A DNA stretch of 64,000 nt, taken from NCBI GenBank assembly GCA_963823335.1, contig CAWGLD010000004.1:352001-416000 (forward strand). The letters are read 5' to 3'. Each line of letters starts with the position of its first letter. Position 1 is the stretch's first letter. Positions 19,945 through 27,945 of this stretch are shown in pieces. Below the pieces are notes generated by a model, which saw only the letters and a list, made by a program, of their open reading frames with translations, was not told the origin of the DNA and did not search any database. The DNA comes from an uncultured delta proteobacterium (GTDB lineage: Bacteria > Desulfobacterota > Desulfobacteria > Desulfobacterales > B30-G6). A program made the position numbers and the translations under genes.

Positions 19945-21432
19945 GTGAATAGCATGGAAAAACAACGAAAGTTAGAACCGCATATCCGAGATTTCTTTGC
20001 GCTGGTCTACGATGCAATCCTGGCCAACCCCTTTGATGATGCCAGGGCGGATGTAGACTTGAAACTATCCGGGTTATCGCCCACAACCTCCAGAAAAAAG
20101 CGGCTGGAAAAAGCGATTCATGAAACAAGAAAACGGATCGAGCTCATTGAAACGGATGGACCATCCGATATCGATGCCTTTGGGGAAAAGGATCGGCAAC
20201 TGGTTCAGGCAGCCTATTTATTCGATTTTTTTTACCGGTACCGGGAGCAGTTCGACAAGCTCATCACCGACCAGATCGCCGCGGGCGAAAATTTTATCAA
20301 AGTCCCCTTTGCCAATGAGGCCTTTCTCTTTCTCAGAAAAAAAGGCTTCACAGGTGAATCCACCACCCGGTATTTTGCCCTGAGCTACCAGTTGAGACGG
20401 GCCTATTATTTCATGACAAGACGGCTGGTGGGACCCAGCCCTGCCATGAAAAAACTGCGTTTTGACCTCTGGAACAATGTGTTTACCCACAATATCGACT
20501 TTTATGAAAAGCATCTCCTGAATCGCATGGAAGACTTCTCCACCCTCATTCTCGGTGAAACCGGAACGGGCAAAGGGACCGCTGCCATGGCCATCGGCTG
20601 TTCCGGCTTCATACCCTTTCATCTCAAGAAAAAAGGTTTTCAAGAAAGTTTTACGAAATCTTTTGTATCCATCAATCTGTCTCAATTTCCGGAAACACTG
20701 ATCGAATCCGAACTTTTCGGGCATAAAAAAGGGGCATTCACAGGCGCTGTAAAACATCACACGGGTGTTTTCGGAAGATGCAGCCCCTATGGTGCGATTC
20801 TGCTGGACGAAATTGGTGAAACCTCCACCCGGCTTCAGATAAAACTTTTGGAAGTGCTTCAAAACAGGGTTTTTTCACCTGTGGGAAGTCATGAAAAGAG
20901 CCGTTTTGAAGGCCGGGTCATCGCCTCCACCAATCGGGCATTCGAGGATATCAGGGCTAAAAAGATCTTTCGGGATGATTTCTATTATCGCCTCAGCTCC
21001 GACATCATCACGGTCCCCCCGCTGCGGCTGCGAATCCAGCAAAATCCGGATGAATTGAATGCCCTGTTGTCTTACACCATCGAACGGATGCTGGCCAAGC
21101 CCTCACCGGAACTTGAAAACGAAATTCAAACGGTTATCGATAAAAACCTGGGGCTCGACTATGCCTGGCCCGGCAATGTCAGAGAACTGGAGCAATGTGT
21201 AAGGCGGGTAATTCTGAAGAAAACTTATGAAGGTGATATCAAACCTGTTTCACCGGATGACTTGAAAGCCCGGCTGATAGAAGGAATCGAAGCCGGTGAA
21301 TTGGATGCCCAAAACCTGATTGCCGGCTACTGCACGCTTTTGTACAGACGGTACGGGACATTCGAAGATGTTGCCCGCCACACAAATCTGGATCGAAGGA
21401 CCGTTAAAAAATATATCAACGAATGGGAATAA
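19945..21432 (+). CDS. Sigma-54-dependent enhancer-binding protein with unrecognised N-terminal domain
   Basis: GETGTGKG, ESELFGHKKGAFTGA, LLDEIG, WPGNVREL, C-terminal HTH (LDRRTVKKY). Confidence 0.9.
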   Translation: MNSMEKQRKLEPHIRDFFALVYDAILANPFDDARADVDLKLSGLSPTTSRKKRLEKAIHETRKRIELIETDGPSDIDAFGEKDRQLVQAAYLFDFFYRYREQFDKLITDQIAAGENFIKVPFANEAFLFLRKKGFTGESTTRYFALSYQLRRAYYFMTRRLVGPSPAMKKLRFDLWNNVFTHNIDFYEKHLLNRMEDFSTLILGETGTGKGTAAMAIGCSGFIPFHLKKKGFQESFTKSFVSINLSQFPETLIESELFGHKKGAFTGAVKHHTGVFGRCSPYGAILLDEIGETSTRLQIKLLEVLQNRVFSPVGSHEKSRFEGRVIASTNRAFEDIRAKKIFRDDFYYRLSSDIITVPPLRLRIQQNPDELNALLSYTIERMLAKPSPELENEIQTVIDKNLGLDYAWPGNVRELEQCVRRVILKKTYEGDIKPVSPDDLKARLIEGIEAGELDAQNLIAGYCTLLYRRYGTFEDVARHTNLDRRTVKKYINEWE

Positions 21433-21493
21433 TTTAGGCAGCCAGAAATATAGGCTCCAATAAGGATAGCTTAAGCTGATTCCTACATAGGCA

Positions 21494-22855
21494 TCATTCA
21501 ATGCCGTATTTTTTCATTTTCCGCCACAGGGTCGACTTGTCGATTTTCAAATATTCTGCGGTCCTGCCACGGTGCCCCCAATGGCTCTCGAGGGCTGCAA
21601 CGATGGCATCTCTTTCGACCTGTTCGAGTTGAGGGGGCGCAGCAGAACGGGATTCACCCGTGGCACTCTTGATAGCCCCATTTCGAAGGTCCCGGGAAAG
21701 ATGCCTTGTTTTGATCATATCCCCGCGACACAATACAAAAGCATATTCGATGAAATTCTCCAGCTCCCGAATGTTTCCCGGAAAGTTGTATTGCATCAGG
21801 ATCTTGAGCGCATTATCGGATATCCCCTGGATCTCCTTGCCTTTGAGTGCATTGAATTTCCGGATGAAGTTCTGAATCAGCAGGGGGATATCTTCACGGC
21901 GGCTGGAAAGGGGTGGCAGTTCGATTCTGATAACATTGAGACGGTAGAACAGGTCTTCACGAAAGGATCCCCGGGCAACGAGTTCAGATAATGTCCTGTT
22001 GGTCGAAGTGATTATTCGTGCGTCTGTTTTCATGGTGGCAGTCGCCCCCAGCGGCTCGTATTCTTTTTCCTGCAGAACCCGCAGCAGTTTTACCTGGAGT
22101 GCTGTGGAAATATCGCCGATCTCGTCCAGAAACAGCGTCCCGCCTGCTGCACGTGCAAAGCGCCCGGGCTTGTCCTGTTTGGCTTCGCTGAAAGCGCCCT
22201 TCTTGTAGCCGAATAATTCGGACTCCAAAAGAGTATCTGGCAAAGCAGCACAGTTGACTGCCACGAATTTTCCCTTCTGTCCGCTCACACCGTGAATTGC
22301 TCGTGCAAAAAGCTCTTTGCCCGACCCACTGGGACCTTCGATGAGAATGGTGCTGCCGCTCGTGGCAATGTCCGGCAGGATGTCGAAAATTTTCTGAATA
22401 TCATGGTTTTTGCTGATGATGTCCTCAAACCGGTACTGGTTGTTGATTTTCTTTCGCAGTGCTTCCACAGCGGTAAGATCCCTGAAAATCTCTACGCCGC
22501 CGATTACGTGCCCGTGATCTCCCATCAACACGGATGTGCTCACACTGGCTGATAGTCGCTCCCCATGACTGTTCAAGATGTTGATGGGAATGTTGATTCC
22601 CTGTTCGCCGGTTTGCATGGTTTTTCCCAGGGCACAGGATGTCTGGCATATGTTGGCCCGGAAGACATCAAAGCATTTCTGACCCAGTGCCTGCTTTTTT
22701 GAGACGCCCGTGATCGTTTCTGCGGCATGGTTGAAATAGGTAATCTTGAAATCCAGGTCGATGGTAAAGACGCCATCGGCAATGGCGTCGAGAATGCCTT
22801 CAAAATGGGTGTGCCGCTGTTTGCTTTTATTTAAAGGTTCTCTTTTCCCTTCCAT
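21494..22855 (-). CDS. PAS-domain sigma-54 activator, OrpR-like
   Basis: PAS with C-x8-C-x3-C (CFDVFRANICQTSC), GPSGSGKE, ESELFGYKKGAFSEA, FPGNIREL, Fis HTH; divergent from an orp-like operon. GTG at 22870 is an alternative start. Confidence 0.88.
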   Translation of the reverse strand: MEGKREPLNKSKQRHTHFEGILDAIADGVFTIDLDFKITYFNHAAETITGVSKKQALGQKCFDVFRANICQTSCALGKTMQTGEQGINIPINILNSHGERLSASVSTSVLMGDHGHVIGGVEIFRDLTAVEALRKKINNQYRFEDIISKNHDIQKIFDILPDIATSGSTILIEGPSGSGKELFARAIHGVSGQKGKFVAVNCAALPDTLLESELFGYKKGAFSEAKQDKPGRFARAAGGTLFLDEIGDISTALQVKLLRVLQEKEYEPLGATATMKTDARIITSTNRTLSELVARGSFREDLFYRLNVIRIELPPLSSRREDIPLLIQNFIRKFNALKGKEIQGISDNALKILMQYNFPGNIRELENFIEYAFVLCRGDMIKTRHLSRDLRNGAIKSATGESRSAAPPQLEQVERDAIVAALESHWGHRGRTAEYLKIDKSTLWRKMKKYGIE

Positions 22856-22953
22856 GGCTTTCCTCTTCACTCACAGTCGTTGGTCGCATAAAAAACCAGA
22901 AAAACTTATTTTTATGAGCGTGTTTTGAGTCTGGTGATTTGGCTTCCAACTAT

Positions 22954-23001
22954 ATTGTAAAATTGCAATGAATTGCAACATTAAATTGCATTTTTGCAAT
23001 T
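22954..23001. promoter_or_regulatory. Palindromic enhancer sites for the divergent activator
   Basis: ATTGTA-aaat-TGCAAT (22954-22969) and perfect AATTGCA-tttt-TGCAATT (22984-23001), followed by an AT-rich tract. Confidence 0.6.
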
Positions 23002-23086
23002 ATATACATAATGCCTCAATATTTGAATTCAATATAAACTACTGAAATTTCATATATATTTTATATAATATGCGGAATGTATCGAG

Positions 23087-23103
23087 TTGGCACATGCTAT
23101 GCT
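23087..23103 (+). promoter_or_regulatory. Sigma-54 (-24/-12) promoter of the orp-like operon
   Basis: TTGGCACATGCTATGCT, GG-N10-GC spacing correct, 50 bp upstream of ATG 23154. Confidence 0.75.
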
Positions 23104-23153
23104 ATTACAAATTGCGACATCTCTGTTGGATATGGAAAAGAAAAGAAGACAAC

Positions 23154-23777
23154 ATGAAAATTGCCATACCGGTGTTTCATACAAAAGTTTCTCCCCGCTT
23201 CGATCAGGCCCAGGGGTTTCTTTTACTTGAAACGGAGAATGCCGTTGTAATTGCCAGAGAAAATCTGACGACCAGAGATTGGTCGGTACTTTCCAAAATG
23301 AAGTTCTTAGTGAATCTGGAAGTCAAGACACTGATCTGCGGTGGAATCGATCGCGCATCGCTGCAATACCTTAATTTTAGAGGACTCAAGATATATTCCT
23401 GGGTAACCGGGGAAGTTGAAGATGCCGTTTCCTGTTTTCTCAGCAATCGAATGAAGCCGGGCATTATTTTAGGGGCACATGGGAAGATGAAGGGACGCTG
23501 GCAGTTCTGCAACGGCAGGAATCATTTGTGCAACATGTTCCAAACAGGTTTTAATAAAAGTGAAGAGGAGGTGAAGACAATGCCCAGAGGAGATGGGAAA
23601 GGACCCAAGGGACAGGGACCGCGCTCGGGAATGGATCGCGGAGGCTGTAAAGCAGGCAATGAAGGCCGTGGCAGCGGCAAGGGTAGAGGCCAGGGATCCG
23701 GCAAGGGCAGAGGTCAAGGATCCGGCCAGGGCAGAGGCGGCGGTGTAAAAGATCGTCGTAACAGCGATAACGATTAG
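23154..23777 (+). CDS. NifB/NifX-family protein with Gly/Arg-rich C-terminal extension
   Basis: MKIAIP...VSPRFDQA...LICGGI; in-frame MPRGDGKGPKGQGP with its own GGAGGTG RBS at 23580; GSGKGRGQ repeats. Confidence 0.8.
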   Translation: MKIAIPVFHTKVSPRFDQAQGFLLLETENAVVIARENLTTRDWSVLSKMKFLVNLEVKTLICGGIDRASLQYLNFRGLKIYSWVTGEVEDAVSCFLSNRMKPGIILGAHGKMKGRWQFCNGRNHLCNMFQTGFNKSEEEVKTMPRGDGKGPKGQGPRSGMDRGGCKAGNEGRGSGKGRGQGSGKGRGQGSGQGRGGGVKDRRNSDND

Positions 23778-23823
23778 CCAGCCCGCAGGATGAATTGAGG
23801 CGGGCATGAGAGGAGGTCAGACG

Positions 23824-24168
23824 ATGCCGGGATTTAACCAAACAGGGCCTTCAGGCCGAGGGTCCATGACAGGTAGAGGCAGGGGGCTTTGTACCGCCGG
23901 TAGGCCAGTATATGCAACAGGAATCCCAGGAAATGCCGGTTTTGGCCGCGGCATGGGATTTGGCCGCGGTTTCAGGAGCGGCTACGGTCCGGAGATGAGA
24001 GAGTATCCGGGAAGGGGATGGGGTCGAAACCGGGCGACAGTTGTGGAAGCTTATCCGGAAGATACCCCCCATGTTGAGCTCGACAGGCTTAAAATGCAGT
24101 CCGAATCGATGAAACGCACCCTTGACACGATAAACCAGCGCCTGGCGGAAATGGAAAAGAGCGCATGA
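23824..24168 (+). CDS. DUF5320-like Gly/Arg-rich protein with C-terminal coiled coil
   Basis: MPGFNQTGPSGRGSMTGRGRGLC, GFGRGMGFGRG, ELDRLK...INQRLAEME; AGGAGG RBS. Confidence 0.8.
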   Translation: MPGFNQTGPSGRGSMTGRGRGLCTAGRPVYATGIPGNAGFGRGMGFGRGFRSGYGPEMREYPGRGWGRNRATVVEAYPEDTPHVELDRLKMQSESMKRTLDTINQRLAEMEKSA

Positions 24169-24560
24169 TACACATTTTAATAGCCCGCAAGGATTGTCGT
24201 TGCCTGTCTGCTTTCAAAACTGCGCTGGACGAAAGCGATGCACAAACCACATGCCTGGAATCGGGTAACAAAGCACTTTGCGCGCTTTCGGAAAAGGTGT
24301 TTGATCTTCTGGTTACGGATGAAAACCTGGGCGATATGACCGGTCTCGAATTAATTGCAGCCATTGTCGCAAGGCTGCCCATGCTCAACTGCGCCGTGGT
24401 AAGCTCACTTTCCCCCGGTGAATTCCATGAAGCAAGCGAGGGGCTGGGAATTTTGATGCAGCTTCCTGTCGAGCCGGGCCAAAAAGAGGCCAACCAACTG
24501 CTTGAACATCTAAAAAAAATCCAGTCCTTAGCAATAAATTCAGCACCAAAGGAGACGTAG
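24165..24560 (+). CDS. Atypical single-domain response-regulator receiver
   Basis: FDLLVTDENLGDMTGLELI, AVVSS; lacks the N-terminal DD pair and the KP motif; ATGA overlap with the upstream gene. Confidence 0.7.
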   Translation: MIHILIARKDCRCLSAFKTALDESDAQTTCLESGNKALCALSEKVFDLLVTDENLGDMTGLELIAAIVARLPMLNCAVVSSLSPGEFHEASEGLGILMQLPVEPGQKEANQLLEHLKKIQSLAINSAPKET

Positions 24561-24563
24561 GTT

Positions 24564-25403
24564 ATGATTATCAGTGTTGCCAGCGGCAAAGGCGGGACAG
24601 GAAAGACCACCGTAGCAACCAACCTGGCAGTTTCCATCGGGTCGGGCGTCCAGTTACTGGATTGTGATGTGGAAGAGCCCAACGCCCATCTTTTTTTAAA
24701 ACCGCAAATCGACCGCACAGAAACCGTTTTTACGGCGGTTCCTGACATCGACAAGGATAAATGCACCTTGTGCCGGAAATGCTCCGACATATGCCGGTTC
24801 AAGGTGATTGCCATTGCAGGCCAGACAATTCTCACGTTTCCGGAGCTGTGCCACAGCTGTGGCGGTTGCATGGTGGTATGTCCCGAAGGGGCGATCACTG
24901 AAACCGGCCGAGAGCTTGGCGTGATTGAAGAGGGCTTTCTCGATTCCATCGACTTTGCCCACGGTCGTCTCCGGGTTGGCGAAGCCATGTCGCCGCCGCT
25001 GATCAAAAAAGTCAGGTCACTGGCAAAACCCGATAAGACAAAGATTATCGACGCTCCTCCCGGTACATCATGTCCGGTGATCGCGGCCATGAAAGATACG
25101 GATTTTGTTCTGATGGTAACGGAACCGACGCCTTTTGGCCTGCACGATCTGAAACTTGCCGTGGCGGCTGTAAAGCTTCTTCGCATTCCCTGCGGTCTTG
25201 TCATCAACCGTTCCGATATCGGCAACGACGATGTCCGGCGGTATGCTCAGCAGGAAAACCTGCCGATCCTGATGGAGATACCCTTTGATCGCAGGATAGC
25301 GGAGACCTATTCGCGAGGGCATCTGATGGTCGAAGCGATGCCCGAGTGGAAGGATAAATTCCTGACGTTGCACAGTAAAATTAAAAGTCTGATAGAGGGG
25401 TAG
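24564..25403 (+). CDS. P-loop ATPase (MinD/CbiA superfamily) with inserted 2x[4Fe-4S] domain
   Basis: SGKGGTGKTT, DCDVEEPN, CTLCRKCSDIC, CHSCGGCMVVCP, DAPPGTSCPV, TEPTPFGLHDL. Confidence 0.92.
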   Translation: MIISVASGKGGTGKTTVATNLAVSIGSGVQLLDCDVEEPNAHLFLKPQIDRTETVFTAVPDIDKDKCTLCRKCSDICRFKVIAIAGQTILTFPELCHSCGGCMVVCPEGAITETGRELGVIEEGFLDSIDFAHGRLRVGEAMSPPLIKKVRSLAKPDKTKIIDAPPGTSCPVIAAMKDTDFVLMVTEPTPFGLHDLKLAVAAVKLLRIPCGLVINRSDIGNDDVRRYAQQENLPILMEIPFDRRIAETYSRGHLMVEAMPEWKDKFLTLHSKIKSLIEG

Positions 25404-25407
25404 GACC

Positions 25408-26289
25408 TTGATAAAAGAACTGGTGGTTTTGAGCGGTAAAGGTGGAACAGGTAAAACAAGCTTGATGGCTGCGTTTGCTTCGATTGTTAAAAACAGTGTG
25501 CTGTGTGACGCAGATGTGGATGCGGCGGATCTTCACCTGCTCATGGATCCGGACGTTCAGCAACGAACGGATTTTATGGGAGGCAATGTTGCCGTCATCG
25601 ATTCCGAAAAATGTTCACTGTGCGGACAGTGTGTCGAGCTGTGCCGTTTTGATGCCATCAGTGAAAATTTTATGGTCGATAAAATTGATTGCGAAGGCTG
25701 TGGGGTCTGTGTCGATCTCTGCCCGGAGCAGGCCATCGATTTTCCGGTCAAGAAATGTGGTGAGTGGTTTATTTCCAATACCCGCTTCGGCGCCATGGTG
25801 CATGCCAGGCTGGGTATTGCGGAAGAAAATTCCGGAAAACTGGTCACGCTTGTCCGCCAGGAGGCAAGGAAGCTGGCTGAGAAGCACCACCTGGAATTGA
25901 TCATCACGGACGGACCTCCGGGAGTGGGATGCCCGGTTATCGCTTCAGCAGGCGGTGCCACGGCCATGCTCGTTGTGACAGAGCCCACTGTTTCCGGCCT
26001 GCATGACATGCAACGGGTGTTGGAGCTTGCAGATCATTTCAAAGTCCCGTGCATGATATGCGTGAATAAATATGACTTGAATCTTGATCAGACCGCGGCT
26101 GTTGAAAAGTTTGCAAAGGAGAGAAATATTCCCGTCGTGGGAAAGATTCCTTTCGACCATCACTTTACCGATTCCATGGTCCAGGGGAAAACAATATTTG
26201 AGTATGATCAAAATTGTGAACTGAGCATAACGATCAAACACCTGTGGGAGACGATCGGAAAACATCAACTTCTCAATAAGTTCAGGTAA
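25408..26289 (+). CDS. P-loop ATPase with inserted 2x[4Fe-4S] domain (paralogue)
   Basis: SGKGGTGKTS, DADVDAADLHL, CSLCGQCVELC, CEGCGVCVDLCP, EENSGKLV, DGPPGVGCPVIAS; TTG start. Confidence 0.92.
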   Translation: MIKELVVLSGKGGTGKTSLMAAFASIVKNSVLCDADVDAADLHLLMDPDVQQRTDFMGGNVAVIDSEKCSLCGQCVELCRFDAISENFMVDKIDCEGCGVCVDLCPEQAIDFPVKKCGEWFISNTRFGAMVHARLGIAEENSGKLVTLVRQEARKLAEKHHLELIITDGPPGVGCPVIASAGGATAMLVVTEPTVSGLHDMQRVLELADHFKVPCMICVNKYDLNLDQTAAVEKFAKERNIPVVGKIPFDHHFTDSMVQGKTIFEYDQNCELSITIKHLWETIGKHQLLNKFR

Positions 26290-26310
26290 ATCATGCTTTG
26301 AGACTACTTA

Positions 26311-26338
26311 CTGGATTCCCGCGAAGGCATGAATCCAG
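26311..26338. repeat. Collapsed REP-like palindrome
   Basis: CTGGATTC-ccgcgaaggcat-GAATCCAG; same family as 18808-18879. Confidence 0.65.
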
Positions 26339-26413
26339 GGTTATTGACCGGATTTTTTGAAAAGCTACGGAAAATCTTTTTAACCATCGAAACATATAAG
26401 GAGAATATGAATT

Positions 26414-26806
26414 ATGAAAAACGGAAGAATAGCGATCCCATCAAATGGTTCAGGCGGACTGGACGGTACAAGGGCCGGGCATTTCGGTCACTGTGACGTT
26501 TTTACATTCATCGATGTTGAAGACGGGGAAATAAAAAAAGTCAGCGTCCTGCAAAATGCGGAGCATGTTCAGGGTGGGTGTATGGTACCGGTAAACCTGC
26601 TGGCAAGTAACAATGTGAACGTGCTTGTGGTGGGCGGTATCGGCATGCGGCCGCTGATGGGGTTCAAACAGGTTGGCATCGATGTTTTTCATGACGCGGA
26701 GAGGGCCGAAATAAGACCGGTAGTGGAAGACTTGATTGCGGGCAAACTGAAAGAGATTCAAAGTGACCAGGTCTGTGGCGGGGGTGGGGGGCAAATGAAC
26801 GCCTAA
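26414..26806 (+). CDS. NifB/NifX-family protein
   Basis: RIAIPS, GHFGHCDVF, HVQGGC, VVGGIGMRP, C-terminal VCGG. Confidence 0.88.
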   Translation: MKNGRIAIPSNGSGGLDGTRAGHFGHCDVFTFIDVEDGEIKKVSVLQNAEHVQGGCMVPVNLLASNNVNVLVVGGIGMRPLMGFKQVGIDVFHDAERAEIRPVVEDLIAGKLKEIQSDQVCGGGGGQMNA

Positions 26807-26886
26807 TCCCGATAAACCGGAACGCCAAGTATCGACTATTTAAAAACAGGATGTTCACAAATAGAGCGTCATGGGAGTTAAAAAAA

Positions 26887-27246
26887 ATGAAAATTGCAAT
26901 TACATCTCAGGGAAAGACTCTTGATTCACAAGTCGACCCAAGATTCGGTCGTGCGGCATACATCCTGATCGTTGATTCGGTGGATGAAACGGTTGAGGTG
27001 CTGGACAATTCAGAAAATGTTAATGCGTTTAAAGGCGCGGGGATTCAGGCGGCTGTGATGGTGGGTGACAGCGGTGCGAAGATACTGCTGACCGGTTTCT
27101 GCGGACCCAACGCATTCAAAACGCTGGCGGCGGCAGGTTTAAAAGTGGCCAATGATGCTAGTGGAACGGTGAGAGATGCATTGGAAGCATTTAAAAAGGG
27201 TCAGGTGTCATTTGCCGATGATGCAAACGTCGAGGGACACTGGTAA
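26887..27246 (+). CDS. NifB/NifX-family protein (orange-protein-like)
   Basis: MKIAITSQG...VDPRFGRA, GAGIQAA, TGFCGPNAF, ANVEGHW. Confidence 0.88.
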   Translation: MKIAITSQGKTLDSQVDPRFGRAAYILIVDSVDETVEVLDNSENVNAFKGAGIQAAVMVGDSGAKILLTGFCGPNAFKTLAAAGLKVANDASGTVRDALEAFKKGQVSFADDANVEGHW

Positions 27247-27343
27247 TAAATCTGCTGCTCAGATTTATTAAGGTGCAGCTTCGCCGCACAAGAACCCTGC
27301 TGGGGCAATATCCCAGTTTAATAAATGATGTGTTTTTATTTTA

Positions 27344-27772
27344 ATGACCGCAAAGCATATGGATTTTTTTCAAGATCATTCACGAACCTATCTCGAAATG
27401 GCCCTCAGAACGGACAGACAGGAATCCATAGAAAATCCGGACGGGTACGGCAGGCGGACAGGAGACTGCGGCGATACAGTGGAAATATTTTTGATGGTTC
27501 GCAAGGGACGCATACAAAAAGTGTCCTACCTTGTCCAGGGATGTATAAACACCAATGCCTGCTGCAATACTGTTGCAAATATGGCTGAAGGAAGGAGCAT
27601 AACGGCGGCATGGGGAATCACCCCGCAAAGGGTAATGGATTATCTGGAAACACTGCCGTCGAACCATGAACACTGTGCCGAACTGACTGTCGGTGCATTA
27701 TATCTGGCGCTTTCCAATTGTCAGGAGCTGGATCGGAATCCCTGGAAAAAGGGCTACCGGAAAAATTCGTGA
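27344..27772 (+). CDS. NifU/IscU N-terminal-type Fe-S scaffold protein
   Basis: TGDCGDTVEIFL, GCINTNAC, LPSNHEHCAEL (conserved scaffold cysteines). Confidence 0.85.
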   Translation: MTAKHMDFFQDHSRTYLEMALRTDRQESIENPDGYGRRTGDCGDTVEIFLMVRKGRIQKVSYLVQGCINTNACCNTVANMAEGRSITAAWGITPQRVMDYLETLPSNHEHCAELTVGALYLALSNCQELDRNPWKKGYRKNS

Positions 27773-27945
27773 TCTCAAACCTGCAACCGGGGACTGCCCC
27801 AACGATTACCTGCCATGCCTGGTCGAAAATGAAATTCCCATCGGTGTCTGAATTCCATGTTCCTCTTGTAAATCGTCCCTGGAAACGTTACGGATGTAAA
27901 GTGTAAACAAGACATGATTAGATTTAGACGCTGGAGAACAACATT

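Noticed and set aside
24089-25225. Long antisense ORFs (also 2649-3566, 33021-33944, 35063-36223, 49978-50772)
   Set aside because: They lie opposite well-supported genes and have no recognisable motifs.
23154-27772. Nitrogen-fixation cluster
   Set aside because: NifX- and NifU-like domains occur without nifHDK or nifEN; the organisation matches orp-type operons.
27775-27900. Cobalamin riboswitch upstream of corrinoid-related genes
   Set aside because: GGGGACTGCCCC is only a short palindrome; no B12-box architecture could be traced.
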